A DNA stretch of 64,000 nucleotides from positions 1,568,001 to 1,632,000 of the forward strand of contig CBDFLE010000005.1 of NCBI GenBank assembly GCA_965248925.1. The letters are read 5' to 3'. This DNA is from Candidatus Multivoradales bacterium (GTDB lineage: Bacteria > Acidobacteriota > Thermoanaerobaculia > Multivoradales > J023). The translations under genes were made by a program, and so were the position numbers. The notes beneath the pieces were generated by a model, which saw nothing but the letters and a program-made list of their open reading frames with translations, searched no databases and was not told where the DNA came from. Positions 48,994-58,822 of this stretch are shown here, piece after piece (positions within the stretch are counted from its first letter, which is position 1; every line of letters begins with the position of its first letter).

Positions 48994-49734
48994 GTGAATA
49001 CTACGACGGCCCTGGATAAACTCGAAATACTCCTCGAAGAGGCCCACCGAACGAGCCTCGCCATTCGTTTCGACAAGAACAAGCTCCTTCATAGATCCTT
49101 GATGGCGCTCAACGGAACAGTCCTAGAGCTATCGGGAGGTTGCAGCACGCTCCTAAGGAGCGGTGACGCGACTTGTACACCTGTTGTTCTTCGAAGCTTG
49201 CTCGAAGCTTATGTCGACGTGGTGAACTTGAGTAGTTCCGAAGATTATTTGCACAAGATGTCCGCCGCGCATCTGACGCAGTCGCTCAGATTGGCGGCCA
49301 ACGCTAACGAGGCCAAAGAGAATCCCTACTTAGAAGACCTCGCCGGCCGCGACACACTTAAAACTGATATCGCAGCAATGAAGAATAGCTTGTCGAAGCT
49401 GAAACAGCAGGGGTTTAGTAGCTTGAGCATTTATCAGAGATTTCGATTAGCTGACGAAGTCGAGAGATACGTCAGCGTATACGCTCACTTATGCATGCAT
49501 TCTCACAGCAATCTTAACGCACTTGAGCAACGGCACATAGCCAAGTGCGACGACGACTTCCAGATTGTCTATTGCCGACCGACTACAGAAGACGAGTCCG
49601 CAAGGTACATCGACACGGTCGCCGGTATCGTTGCGAACTCGGTCCTTTTCGTCAAGGAACGTATCGAGGGAGTACGTCCTAGCACAACGCGAATTGAGAC
49701 CGCCCTGGCGAGCCTGAGGAGACTCTATGAATGA
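48994..49734 (+). CDS. DUF5677-like protein
   Basis: LRSLLEAY..Y..LCMHSHSN pattern typical of this helical HEPN-like family. AT-richer codon usage. Confidence 0.6.
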   Translation: MNTTTALDKLEILLEEAHRTSLAIRFDKNKLLHRSLMALNGTVLELSGGCSTLLRSGDATCTPVVLRSLLEAYVDVVNLSSSEDYLHKMSAAHLTQSLRLAANANEAKENPYLEDLAGRDTLKTDIAAMKNSLSKLKQQGFSSLSIYQRFRLADEVERYVSVYAHLCMHSHSNLNALEQRHIAKCDDDFQIVYCRPTTEDESARYIDTVAGIVANSVLFVKERIEGVRPSTTRIETALASLRRLYE

Positions 49735-50278
49735 ACACCGACGCAAAGAACGCCGGGCCCCTCACCTGCCGCATGAAGGTAGGGTTACCGAGGGGGATCA
49801 GGCCTCCGCCTACAGCTCCCTCTAAGTCTCCTCCTCTTCCTCCGGCAGCTCCACCCCCCGCCACTCCCACCTCTTCCCCATCACCAGCTCAAACACCCGA
49901 GAAAACGCCCCCAGCTGCGCCAGTCCCTCCTGACTCAAGAACTCCTGACCTACCTCCTTCCGGAAATGTCCGGTTGAGCCTCTCCAGAGCTTCCCGGAGG
50001 CCCTGGAAAGGCCAGGCTCTGGGGTGGTTCTGGCTAGATCGCAAACCGCATCCGAAGCTTGGTGCTTAGCGGGGCCGAGCCTCTCACCCCATCCACTGCC
50101 CAAGCGCTTCCCAAGCCTTCACCGCGCTCTTCACAATCCGCCCCGCCTCCCGGGTGGTGTCCTAAGGCTGTGTTGGTCCGATAGGGGCGGGTCACGGCCT
50201 GGCGGGCGGGTTGTACGTTCGCCGCGAAGCCGAGGCGGTGAACGTCGCCAGAGCCTAGCCACGCAGAGGACAGACCCT

Positions 50279-50572
50279 ATGCGCGACCAACGCAAGTGCA
50301 CCGTCTGGGATGTGCAGAGAGAGCTAGCGGGCCTAGCCACCAGCCTAGAATCCGTTGACCTCCGTCTCGGCAAGATCGTCAAGGCGATCCAGCCATCCCC
50401 GCATCTCCTGCCCGCAGAGCTCCATGGGCGCGCGGATGCTGTGCGCGTCGATCTGATCGGCGATGCCGTTGGCACGCTCAAGGAGCCTTCCCAGCTCACC
50501 GAGGACGACGCGCTACGCCACCGGGTGCAGCTGCTCGACCTGGCCTTGAGGCTGGCCGATGCCGAAGGCTGA
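50279..50572 (+). CDS. Small helical hypothetical protein
   Basis: AGAGGA RBS before ATG 50279, 97 aa. Similar to the frameshifted gene at 47408-47625. Confidence 0.55.
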   Translation: MRDQRKCTVWDVQRELAGLATSLESVDLRLGKIVKAIQPSPHLLPAELHGRADAVRVDLIGDAVGTLKEPSQLTEDDALRHRVQLLDLALRLADAEG

Positions 50573-50594
50573 GCTACAGCCGAGGGAGCGGCTG

Positions 50595-51416
50595 CTACGC
50601 CATGGCGCGGCCGGTCTGACGGATGCTGAGTTGCTTAGTGCCTATCAGGCAAGCGCAGCCAATACGTACTTGAGAGCCTGAACCAGCCGCTCGCCAACCA
50701 AGAAGATGGCGAGCATTCCCCCCGATGATCGTACAAGCGGCGGTCACCTCCTGGAGTAGCCGGCGGCTCAGCCTCTTGCTCAGGTATTGGAGCCGGGGAT
50801 GACCGTGCTCCTCAACCCACGAGATCTCCGAGAACTCCTGAACACGGGCTGGACAGCTCACCCGGTAGAGGGTGCTGCCGGCAACCAACAAAAGGGAGTC
50901 GAGCTAGATCAACATCATCCGCCTGGGGATTGGGATCGGGTACGTCATGCCTTCGAAGACCGGCGAGCCAGCGGCGGCCGCGCTGTTCAAGAAGCCCAGG
51001 ACATTGACCACCAGGATTGAAATCGTCAGCGCTGACCAGGAAACGCTGAAGAGCGGGAAGCGGCCGATGAAGCGGAGGATCGACCAGTTGAGCACTCGAT
51101 CCCGCATCGGGTACTTGAGTCGATCCGTACCGTCGTGCATGACGTTGTGGTTAGCATCGAACCGAATGGCGTCCAGGTTGGTTCTGCCGAGCAGAGCACC
51201 GTCCCACCGCGAGGCGTTGAGGCTCGCGCGCTGGAGTTTGGCTCTGCGGAGGTCGGCGTCATGGAAGTCAATCCCACGGAAGTTGACGTGACTGAAGCCG
51301 TTCCGGAAATCGACTCCGCTGAGGTCTGGCCGTTCTTTCGGAATGCCTTCCCTCCAGGCGCTCCATTGTGCATGGCCTAGCTCCGTCAGGATCTTCAGAT
51401 GCTCTTCGTTTGCCAT
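50595..51416 (-). pseudogene. Pentapeptide-repeat + TM protein interrupted by an in-frame TAG
   Basis: MANEEHLKIL..WSAWR..ADLRR AKLQR ASLNA. ORFs 50904-51416 and 50595-50891 share a frame across the TAG at 50904-50906 (MMLI*LDSLLLVAG). Confidence 0.75.
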
Positions 51417-51604
51417 CGCTGAATGCTGCCTCCTTCAGAACCGCCTATAGACCTACTCTCGATCCGCCCCCTCCCACCACCACCCCGCAGGGATCCCGGT
51501 CAGCGTCTCGACCGCGCGCCTGCCTCGCACCCGCCGCTATCGGACCAACACACTGTTAGGACACCACCAGGCGCCGCCGCGGCAGCGACGTGCTGAGCTG
51601 CGCC

Positions 51605-51613
51605 TGCTAGAAT
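51605..51613 (+). promoter_or_regulatory. Extended -10 element (TGCTAGAAT) upstream of the second radical SAM block
   Basis: TGnTAGAAT ends 46 bp before the TTG start at 51660. Confidence 0.35.
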
Positions 51614-51659
51614 ACTGCTTCGTCCTCGAACCTCAGCCTCCTTTGCGAGAGCACCTGTC

Positions 51660-53072
51660 TTGAAGAAGCACAAAGTCGTCCTCTACAACCCGCGAGCGGT
51701 GTTCTACACCATGCCTTTAGCTCTAGTGGCGGTGGGCTCGGCGCTGGACCGCGAACGCTTCGAAGTGGTGTTGATCGACGGCCGCCTGGAGAACGATGCC
51801 GAGCGGCGGGTCGCTGAAGAGGCTGCTGATGCCCTCTGTCTGGGAATTTCGGTACTGACCGGAGCACCGATTCGTGACGCCCTGGCCGTCGGCCGGGCGG
51901 CCAAACGACGCTCGCCCCAGCTGCCGGTGGTGTGGGGCGGCTGGCATCCTTCGTTGTTTCCGCTGCCGGTCCTCGACGAGCCGCTGATCGACATCACCAT
52001 CCAGGGCCAGGGAGAGCGCACCTTCGCCGAACTGGTCGAACGCCTCGCCGCGGGCCAGGACCTGGAGGGCGTTCAGGGCCTGTCCTGGCGCCGTGACGGC
52101 CAAGCGGTGCGCAACCCACCGCGACAGCTGGAAGAAATGGAAGACCTGCCGCAGCACGACTACAGCTTGATGCCGGTGGAACGCTACTTCGATCTCAAGG
52201 GCCAGCGCCAACTCGACTACATATCCTCCACCGGCTGCCTCTTCCGCTGCGCCTTCTGCGCTGACCCCTTCGTTTACCAGCGGCGCTGGAAAGCGATTTC
52301 GCCCGCACGCCTGGGAACCGAGATCGAAGAACATTGGCGACGCTACCGGTTCACCGAGCTGGCCTTCCAGGATGAGACCTTCTTCACCTACCGCGAGCGG
52401 GTGGCGGAGATTGCCGAGCAATTCTTGTCTCGCGGCCTCGATTTCCACTGGACTGCCACACTGCGCGCCGACCAAGGGGTGCGGCTGACGCCTGAGACCT
52501 TCGCCCTCTGTGTGCGCTCCGGCATGCGCCGGGTCATGGTGGGGGTCGAATCGGGTTCGCAGGAAATGATGGACTGGATGAAGAAGGACATCAAGATCGA
52601 GCAGGTGTTGGAAACCGCTGAACTCTGCCGCCGCCACGGCGTCGGCGTGATCTTTCCCTTCATCGTCGGCTTCCCCAACGAGACCGAGGCCAGCGTCCAG
52701 GCCACCATGGACCTGATGAAGCGCCTCAAGGCGATGAGCCCATCCTTCGACACGCCGCTGTTCTACTTCAAGCCCTATCCCGGCTCGCCGATCACTCAAG
52801 AGATGGTGGCTAACGGCTACCACCTGCCCGAGACCCTCGACGATTGGGCCGATTTCGACTTCGTTGGCACCTCCAACGAGTGGGTGCCACGGGAGCAAGA
52901 GCGCAAGCTAGAGCGTTTCAAGTTCTACAACCGCTTCGCCTGGGGCCCCGAACGCTGGTTCAAGCGCCCGCTACAGACCGTCTGTCGCTGGCGTTGCCGG
53001 CGGGACTTCTACCGCTGGCCGTTCGAAAAACTAGTGGTCGAGCGGCTGTTCCCGCAAGCCGAACTGTCGTAG
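51660..53072 (+). CDS. Cobalamin-binding radical SAM protein (paralog type A)
   Basis: VLYNP..MPLAL, VWGGWHP, GQGE, GCLFRCAFC and GVESGS motifs. Confidence 0.92.
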   Translation: MKKHKVVLYNPRAVFYTMPLALVAVGSALDRERFEVVLIDGRLENDAERRVAEEAADALCLGISVLTGAPIRDALAVGRAAKRRSPQLPVVWGGWHPSLFPLPVLDEPLIDITIQGQGERTFAELVERLAAGQDLEGVQGLSWRRDGQAVRNPPRQLEEMEDLPQHDYSLMPVERYFDLKGQRQLDYISSTGCLFRCAFCADPFVYQRRWKAISPARLGTEIEEHWRRYRFTELAFQDETFFTYRERVAEIAEQFLSRGLDFHWTATLRADQGVRLTPETFALCVRSGMRRVMVGVESGSQEMMDWMKKDIKIEQVLETAELCRRHGVGVIFPFIVGFPNETEASVQATMDLMKRLKAMSPSFDTPLFYFKPYPGSPITQEMVANGYHLPETLDDWADFDFVGTSNEWVPREQERKLERFKFYNRFAWGPERWFKRPLQTVCRWRCRRDFYRWPFEKLVVERLFPQAELS

Positions 53073-53095
53073 ACCGGAGCGGTGGAGACGGAACC

Positions 53096-54502
53096 TTGGA
53101 CTTATTGCTGACTCACGGCTACTTCTTGGCCCACGACGAGCATGAGCAGGACATCATGCGGCCCTACCCGCCGCTGGGCCTGCTCTACGTTTCGTCGCAC
53201 CTCAAGGCCCGGGGATTCGAAGTCGCCGTCTTCGACTCCACCCTGAGCCGCAAGAGCGAACTCGAGGCGCACATCGCCGCCCAGCGCCCGCCAGTGGTTG
53301 GCATTTACGTCAACATGCTGACCCGCGCCAACGTGCTAGAGATCATCCGCTGGTCGAAGGCGGCCGGGGCCAAGGTGGTGTTGGGCGGCCCGGAAGCCGC
53401 CAACTACCCGCGCCAATACCTCGAACGCGGCGCCGACGTGGTGGCCTTTGGCGAAGGTGAACTCACCCTCGAGGCGCTGCTGCCCCATTTCGCCCACCAC
53501 GGCCGCCGCGGACTCGAGGGGGTGGCGGGCATCTACTATCTCGACGACGAGGGCGAGCTGTGCCAGACCGAGGCGCGAGAACAGATCGCCGATCTCGATG
53601 CCCAGCCCTTCCCCGATCGCCAAGCGATCGACATCCCCGGCTACATGGATATCTGGCGCACTCACCACGGCATGGGCTCGGTATCGTTGATCACCGCCCG
53701 CGGCTGCCCCTTCAGGTGCAAATGGTGCAGCCACGCGGTGTTCGGCTACACCCACCGTCGACGCTCGCCGGAGAATGTGGTGGCAGAAGTGGCGCAGATC
53801 ATCGAGCGCTACGATCCGGAGCTGCTGTGGTACGCCGACGACGTCTTCACCATTCAACATAAATGGCTCTATCAATACGCCGATGCGATGCGCGCCCGTG
53901 GTTTCCGCGTGCCCTTCGAGACCATTTCGCGAGAGGACCGGCTGAACGAAAAAGTGGTGAAGACCCTCGCCGACATGGGCTGCTTCAGACTCTGGATCGG
54001 CGCCGAATCCGGCTCGCAAGCAGTTCTCGACGCGATGGATCGGCGGACCGACGCGAGCCGCGTGGTGGAGATGGTGAAACTCCTGCAACAGCACGGTATC
54101 GAGGCCGGGATGTTCATCATGCTGGGCTACCACGGCGAGCGCCAAAGTGATCTGCTGGAGACCGTCGAGCGGCTCAAGGCGGCGCTGCCCGACGTCTTCC
54201 TGACCACCGTCGCCTACCCCATCAAGGGCACCAAATACCACGCCGAAGTCGCCGACCAGGTGGTCTCGCTCAGCGACTCCTGGGAAACCGGCTCCGACCG
54301 CTTGCAGACCATCCTCGGGCGCCATTCTCGACGCTATTACGACCACACCACCCGCTGGATGGTCAACGAAGTCGCCCTGCATCGGCAGCGGGTGCGGCAC
54401 AAGGGCAACCTGCTCGGCCGCGCCCGCCACTACCTCAAGGCGCGCTACGGCCGCCTCGGCATGGCACTGACCCAGCGCCAAGTGGAGCGCGGCAAGCCTT
54501 GA
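53096..54502 (+). CDS. Cobalamin-binding radical SAM protein (paralog type B)
   Basis: PYPPLGLL, GEGE, RGCPFRCKWC, WIGAESGSQ and AYPIKGT motifs. Start reassigned to TTG 53096. Confidence 0.92.
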   Translation: MDLLLTHGYFLAHDEHEQDIMRPYPPLGLLYVSSHLKARGFEVAVFDSTLSRKSELEAHIAAQRPPVVGIYVNMLTRANVLEIIRWSKAAGAKVVLGGPEAANYPRQYLERGADVVAFGEGELTLEALLPHFAHHGRRGLEGVAGIYYLDDEGELCQTEAREQIADLDAQPFPDRQAIDIPGYMDIWRTHHGMGSVSLITARGCPFRCKWCSHAVFGYTHRRRSPENVVAEVAQIIERYDPELLWYADDVFTIQHKWLYQYADAMRARGFRVPFETISREDRLNEKVVKTLADMGCFRLWIGAESGSQAVLDAMDRRTDASRVVEMVKLLQQHGIEAGMFIMLGYHGERQSDLLETVERLKAALPDVFLTTVAYPIKGTKYHAEVADQVVSLSDSWETGSDRLQTILGRHSRRYYDHTTRWMVNEVALHRQRVRHKGNLLGRARHYLKARYGRLGMALTQRQVERGKP

Positions 54503-55329
54503 GCCAGCTCGCCTCGCATCCCTTCGACAACGCCGCAGGGGCCTACGACTCGGATTTCACTCACCGCCCCTTGGGGCGGATGTTGCGAGCCCGGGTTTGG
54601 GAAGCAATGGACCAGCTCTTCGCCCCCGGCGAGCGCATCTTGGAACTTGGCTGCGGCACCGGCGAGGATGCTCTCTACCTGGCACGGCGTGGGCTCCAGG
54701 TCACTGCCACCGATGCCGCCGCCGGCATGCTCGAGGTCACCGCCAACAAGCTGCGCCACGCCGACTTGACCTCCCGGGTAGAAATCGAACAGCTCGATTT
54801 GACGGCGGTGGCGGCTAACAGTCCTCCGCCGGGCCAAGGATCGACGCTCTTCGACGGTGCCTTCTCCAACTTCGGCGCTTTAAATTGCCAGCCTTCCTGG
54901 CAGCAGCTGGGCGGCGCTCTGAACCATTGGGTTCGCCCCGGCGGCAAGGTGTTGCTGGTGGTGATGGGGCCTTGGTGCCCGTGGGAGGTCGCCGCCTTCC
55001 TAATCCGTGGCCAGCCCGGCAAAGCGGCGCGGCGCTGGCGCGCTGGCCAACCGGCGCAAGTTGGAGATGGCCACACCCTGCCGGTCTGGTACCCCTCGCC
55101 GGGCCGGCTGCGGCGCCAGCTCACCGCCGGCGGTCTTCGCTGGCTGGGCTGCGCCGGCCTGGGAGTGCTCCTGCCACCTTCCTTTCTCGCCGGCCTGGTA
55201 GAGCGCCATTTGCCCACTTTCGAGAATCTCGACCGCTGGGAACGCCGCCTGGCCAAGCGTTTTCCCTTCCCTTGGTTAGGCGATCACTACTTGATGATCC
55301 TCGAACGTCCCGGCGAGACTGCGCCGTGA
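54499..55329 (+). CDS. Class I SAM-dependent methyltransferase
   Basis: LELGCGTGED, FDGAFSNFGALNC and PGG motifs. Overlaps the upstream stop. Confidence 0.9.
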   Translation: MSQLASHPFDNAAGAYDSDFTHRPLGRMLRARVWEAMDQLFAPGERILELGCGTGEDALYLARRGLQVTATDAAAGMLEVTANKLRHADLTSRVEIEQLDLTAVAANSPPPGQGSTLFDGAFSNFGALNCQPSWQQLGGALNHWVRPGGKVLLVVMGPWCPWEVAAFLIRGQPGKAARRWRAGQPAQVGDGHTLPVWYPSPGRLRRQLTAGGLRWLGCAGLGVLLPPSFLAGLVERHLPTFENLDRWERRLAKRFPFPWLGDHYLMILERPGETAP

Positions 55330-57290
55330 AGGTGCCGAGCTTCCTTCGCGGGCCGCGTCGTGAGCAAGTGATCTGGGCGCTGCTGGCCACCTTGTTGGCC
55401 TGGTCGTTGGTACATCTACCCCGCCATCTGCGGCCCCAGCTCAAGCCGGCGATAGAGGCCGCGGCACGGTGGCACGATCCAGCCAGCCAGCTGGAGATCC
55501 TCGACCCCAGCCCCCATCGCCTGCTGTGGCAAGCAGCCGGCCACCTGCCAGAGAACGCCCGCGTCTTGCTGATCACCGCCGGCAAAGACCCCAAGCAGAG
55601 CGAGTACCGCACCTTCCACCGCGCGCTCTACGCACTGGCGCCGCGGCCGCTCTATTGGCGCTCGCCGGCGCCGGCCGACGGCACCTGGGAGTCCCGTAGC
55701 TGGCGCAGTGGCCCGATCGATTCAGAGTCGGTGCTCGCCGATGCTGCCACCCTCGAGATCAGCCATATCCTGACCCTCGATCCCGTATCCCGTCTGCGGC
55801 TTGGCCCGCAGAACGTGGATCTCGCCGCGGGTCAGCTAGTGGCCCTCGGGGATGCCCGCTTTCGCACCTTCCGCAACACCGCACCAGGCCCTCCGGCGCG
55901 CTGGTGGCCACTCGCCCTAATCGCCGCCCTGGGAGTTCCTTTGCTGTTGGGAGCAGCGGTCTTAAGTTTGCTGGCTGCCCCCTGCGGCGGTGGCGAGCGG
56001 TGGGCATTGGCCATGCTGATCGGCACCGGACTCCTGACCTGGGCCATGTTCGGTCTCGGCCTGGCCGGCTTGGGGCTCGACTTGCAAGTGGCGCTACTAA
56101 CCAGTCTCACTCTCGCTCTGGCAGTGCTCGGCCGCTGGCTGCGCCGCCCGGCGGCTGCCCTAGGGAGTCCTCTCTTTGCCACCCCGCCGCGGCCCGGCGT
56201 CGCCGCCAGCGGCCTGCGCTTCGGGCTGTGGGTAGTGATCGGAAGCTACTTTCTGCTCTCCATTCTGCTCGCCGTCGGCCGGCCGCTGAGCACCTGGGAC
56301 AGTTGGGTCACCTGGGGCATGAAGGCCCGCATCCTATTCTTGGACGGCGGCATTGGTGAGACCATTCTCGGCGATCCGTCGCGGACCGCCACCCACCTCG
56401 ACTATCCACTGCAGCTACCACTGGCCGAGGCTTGGCTCTACTCCTGGCTCGGGCAGCCCGACGAGCGCCTGGTCGGCAGTTGGTCAGTGCTCTATTTGGC
56501 GGCCTTGCTGGCCTTGCTTTTCAGCGCGGTGACGAGCCACGGCGGTAGTCGACGTCTGGCGCTGATGACCACCGCCGTGGTGGCCGCCACCGCCCACGTC
56601 TGGACCCTGGCCGGCATGGTCTTCGCCGACCTGCCGCTAGCCGCCCTGATGCTGGGCACCGCCCACCAACTGTCACGCTTTGTTGGCCGTGGCGAACGAG
56701 CGGCCTTAGTGTTGACCGCGCTCTGTGGCGGACTGCTACCGTGGATGAAGCGCGAAGGCTTGGTGCTGGTCGCTTGCTTGGCCCTGGCCGCACTGTGGAG
56801 CTACGGCCGATCGCGACGCACTTGGACCGCGGTCGCCGCCTTGGCCAGTGGGTGTGTGGTGCTCAGCGGCCCCTGGTGGCTCACGGTCAAGCTAGCCGGC
56901 GCGACCACCAGCGACTTCGCTAGCAGCAGCTTTGCGGCCATGCCGCTGGAGCAAGCAGTGAAGATCTTCTGCCAAACCGCCCGCAGCTTGAGCAGCCCTT
57001 GGGCCTCGGCGGTTTGGTGGCTGCTGCCGCCACTCCTCCTGTGGCGGATCTGGCGGCGCCAGCAGCCACTGGCCGCCACTCCCCACAGCCTGCTGCCAGC
57101 CACTGCCCTGCTTTACCTCGCAGCCATGTCGGCCAGCTATCTGTGGAGCCGCTACACCCCGATCGAAGCCCACATCGGCCACTCCTTCTGGCGCTTGGCG
57201 GTCCATATCTTGCCCCTCGTCGTGCTATGGATAGCTCTATTGGCCAATACCTCCAAAATCGCCCTCAGCGATCGGGGAAAAGCGGCTTGA
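55326..57290 (+). CDS. Polytopic membrane protein, GT-C (ArnT/PMT-like), with an extra N-terminal periplasmic domain
   Basis: GTGA overlap, more than 10 TM segments, WDSWVTWGMKA, HLDYPL, ADLPLA and KREG motifs. Confidence 0.7.
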   Translation: MKVPSFLRGPRREQVIWALLATLLAWSLVHLPRHLRPQLKPAIEAAARWHDPASQLEILDPSPHRLLWQAAGHLPENARVLLITAGKDPKQSEYRTFHRALYALAPRPLYWRSPAPADGTWESRSWRSGPIDSESVLADAATLEISHILTLDPVSRLRLGPQNVDLAAGQLVALGDARFRTFRNTAPGPPARWWPLALIAALGVPLLLGAAVLSLLAAPCGGGERWALAMLIGTGLLTWAMFGLGLAGLGLDLQVALLTSLTLALAVLGRWLRRPAAALGSPLFATPPRPGVAASGLRFGLWVVIGSYFLLSILLAVGRPLSTWDSWVTWGMKARILFLDGGIGETILGDPSRTATHLDYPLQLPLAEAWLYSWLGQPDERLVGSWSVLYLAALLALLFSAVTSHGGSRRLALMTTAVVAATAHVWTLAGMVFADLPLAALMLGTAHQLSRFVGRGERAALVLTALCGGLLPWMKREGLVLVACLALAALWSYGRSRRTWTAVAALASGCVVLSGPWWLTVKLAGATTSDFASSSFAAMPLEQAVKIFCQTARSLSSPWASAVWWLLPPLLLWRIWRRQQPLAATPHSLLPATALLYLAAMSASYLWSRYTPIEAHIGHSFWRLAVHILPLVVLWIALLANTSKIALSDRGKAA

Positions 57291-58822
57291 AATCCCAGAC
57301 AGCTCAGCCCGGTCGGCGACTCAGCACGCTGAAGAGCCTGGTGCCGATCGCCCTTATCGCGCCTGCCAGCGCTTTCTTACTGTCGTTGTTCGGAGCCTTC
57401 GATGGCCTGTACGGTCAAGACGCCTATGCCTACCTCGCCTACGCCAACGGCCCCCTCCGCGAGAGCGTCCTCAGCCTGGCCCCACCCGCTGCCTTCTACT
57501 GGCCACCGGGATATCCGCTGCTAGTCCTGGGCAGTTCCCTGCTGGTCGGCAGCGGCCCCCTGGCCGGCCAACTGGTGAGCCTGGGTGCCGGCTTTGTCGT
57601 TGCCTTGTTCACCGGCCTGCTGGCGGCTGAGCTGGGCCCGAACAAAGGCACTGGCGGGTTCCCCGTGCCAGCGCTGGCGACCTTGGTAATGGCCCTGAAT
57701 GGCCAGCTATGGCTGGCCAGCAGCGTGGTGATGTCCGACGCTGCCGGCCTCGCCGCCGCCACCGTCGGTGCCTGGGCTTTGGCGCGGTTCACCCGTGGTG
57801 GCGCGTCGCGTTGGCTGCTGCTGGCCGCCGCCGCTACCGCCTGGGCGGTGCTGACCCGCTGGGCTTTTGGCCTGCCGGCAGTCCCCTTCACCCTCGCCGC
57901 CTTGGCTGCGCTTCGACATCGGGGGCCACGAGCTTGGCCAGCAGCCGGGGGCGCGGTGCTGGTGGTCGCCCTGGTGCTTGCACCGGCCTGGCTGCAACTC
58001 GCCGACGGTCCAGCAGACGGCGGCGAGACGGTGACCTACTTGGGCAACCTAAAAAACTTCGCCTGGTCGCCGGCCAACACTGTCAAGAGCAGCTTTGACA
58101 CCGTCGACGGCCACCTCGACTATCGCCTGCCGATGGGACTGTTCTTCGCCGCGGCGCCGGCCCGAAGCTTCGCCTTCGCTCCCCTGCTCGCTCTGCTGCT
58201 GCTCCCCGGAGCCTGGCTGGTGGCGCGCCAGCGGTCGGCGCCCGGGCGTTTGATTCTGCTCGGCTGGCCAACCCTCGTGCTGGGCTACCACGCCGGCTCC
58301 ACGCTGCAAAATGTGCGCTTCATCCTGGCCATCGCTCCACCGTTGGCGGTGCTGATCGCAATCGGCTCGCAACAGCTCGGCAAGCGCTGGCTGCGGGGTC
58401 CCGCGCGGCGCTCCCTCAAGGTATTTCTGGCCTGCGGCCTACTGGCCATGGCTGCTGGCGGGGTGAGGTTTCATCGGCTCTTCACCGAACAGAAACAGAA
58501 TCACCTCGAGCTGGTTCGCTGGACTACCCAGCGAATGCCAGCCAAGGCTCGCCTACTGACCTTCAACATGACCCTGGCAATGCGCCAATACAGCGACTTC
58601 GAGGTAGAAGAACTCTACGGCTTGAGCCAGGCCGAGACTCTGGCCCTGGCCACCGATGCCCTGCCCGCCTTCCTCCTTCTCGACCTCGACAGCGTCGAAC
58701 GCCAGTGGCAAGATCACCCCCCGGGAGTCAACTACCGAGCACTGCGCGACGGCCCCGGCCTAGTACCGCTCGGTCAGCTAGACGGCTGGCACCTATTTCG
58801 AGCGATAAGACATGCGAATTGA
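57287..58822 (+). CDS. ArnT/GT39-like membrane glycosyltransferase
   Basis: TTGA overlap, GQDAYAY, YWPPGYP, VMSD and NVRFIL motifs, multiple TM segments. Confidence 0.75.
   Translation: MKSQTAQPGRRLSTLKSLVPIALIAPASAFLLSLFGAFDGLYGQDAYAYLAYANGPLRESVLSLAPPAAFYWPPGYPLLVLGSSLLVGSGPLAGQLVSLGAGFVVALFTGLLAAELGPNKGTGGFPVPALATLVMALNGQLWLASSVVMSDAAGLAAATVGAWALARFTRGGASRWLLLAAAATAWAVLTRWAFGLPAVPFTLAALAALRHRGPRAWPAAGGAVLVVALVLAPAWLQLADGPADGGETVTYLGNLKNFAWSPANTVKSSFDTVDGHLDYRLPMGLFFAAAPARSFAFAPLLALLLLPGAWLVARQRSAPGRLILLGWPTLVLGYHAGSTLQNVRFILAIAPPLAVLIAIGSQQLGKRWLRGPARRSLKVFLACGLLAMAAGGVRFHRLFTEQKQNHLELVRWTTQRMPAKARLLTFNMTLAMRQYSDFEVEELYGLSQAETLALATDALPAFLLLDLDSVERQWQDHPPGVNYRALRDGPGLVPLGQLDGWHLFRAIRHAN

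Noticed and set aside
49731-50103. Pro-rich plus ORF and Glu-rich minus ORF
   Set aside because: A low-complexity pyrimidine/purine tract. It may be a gene relic, but no family can be supported.
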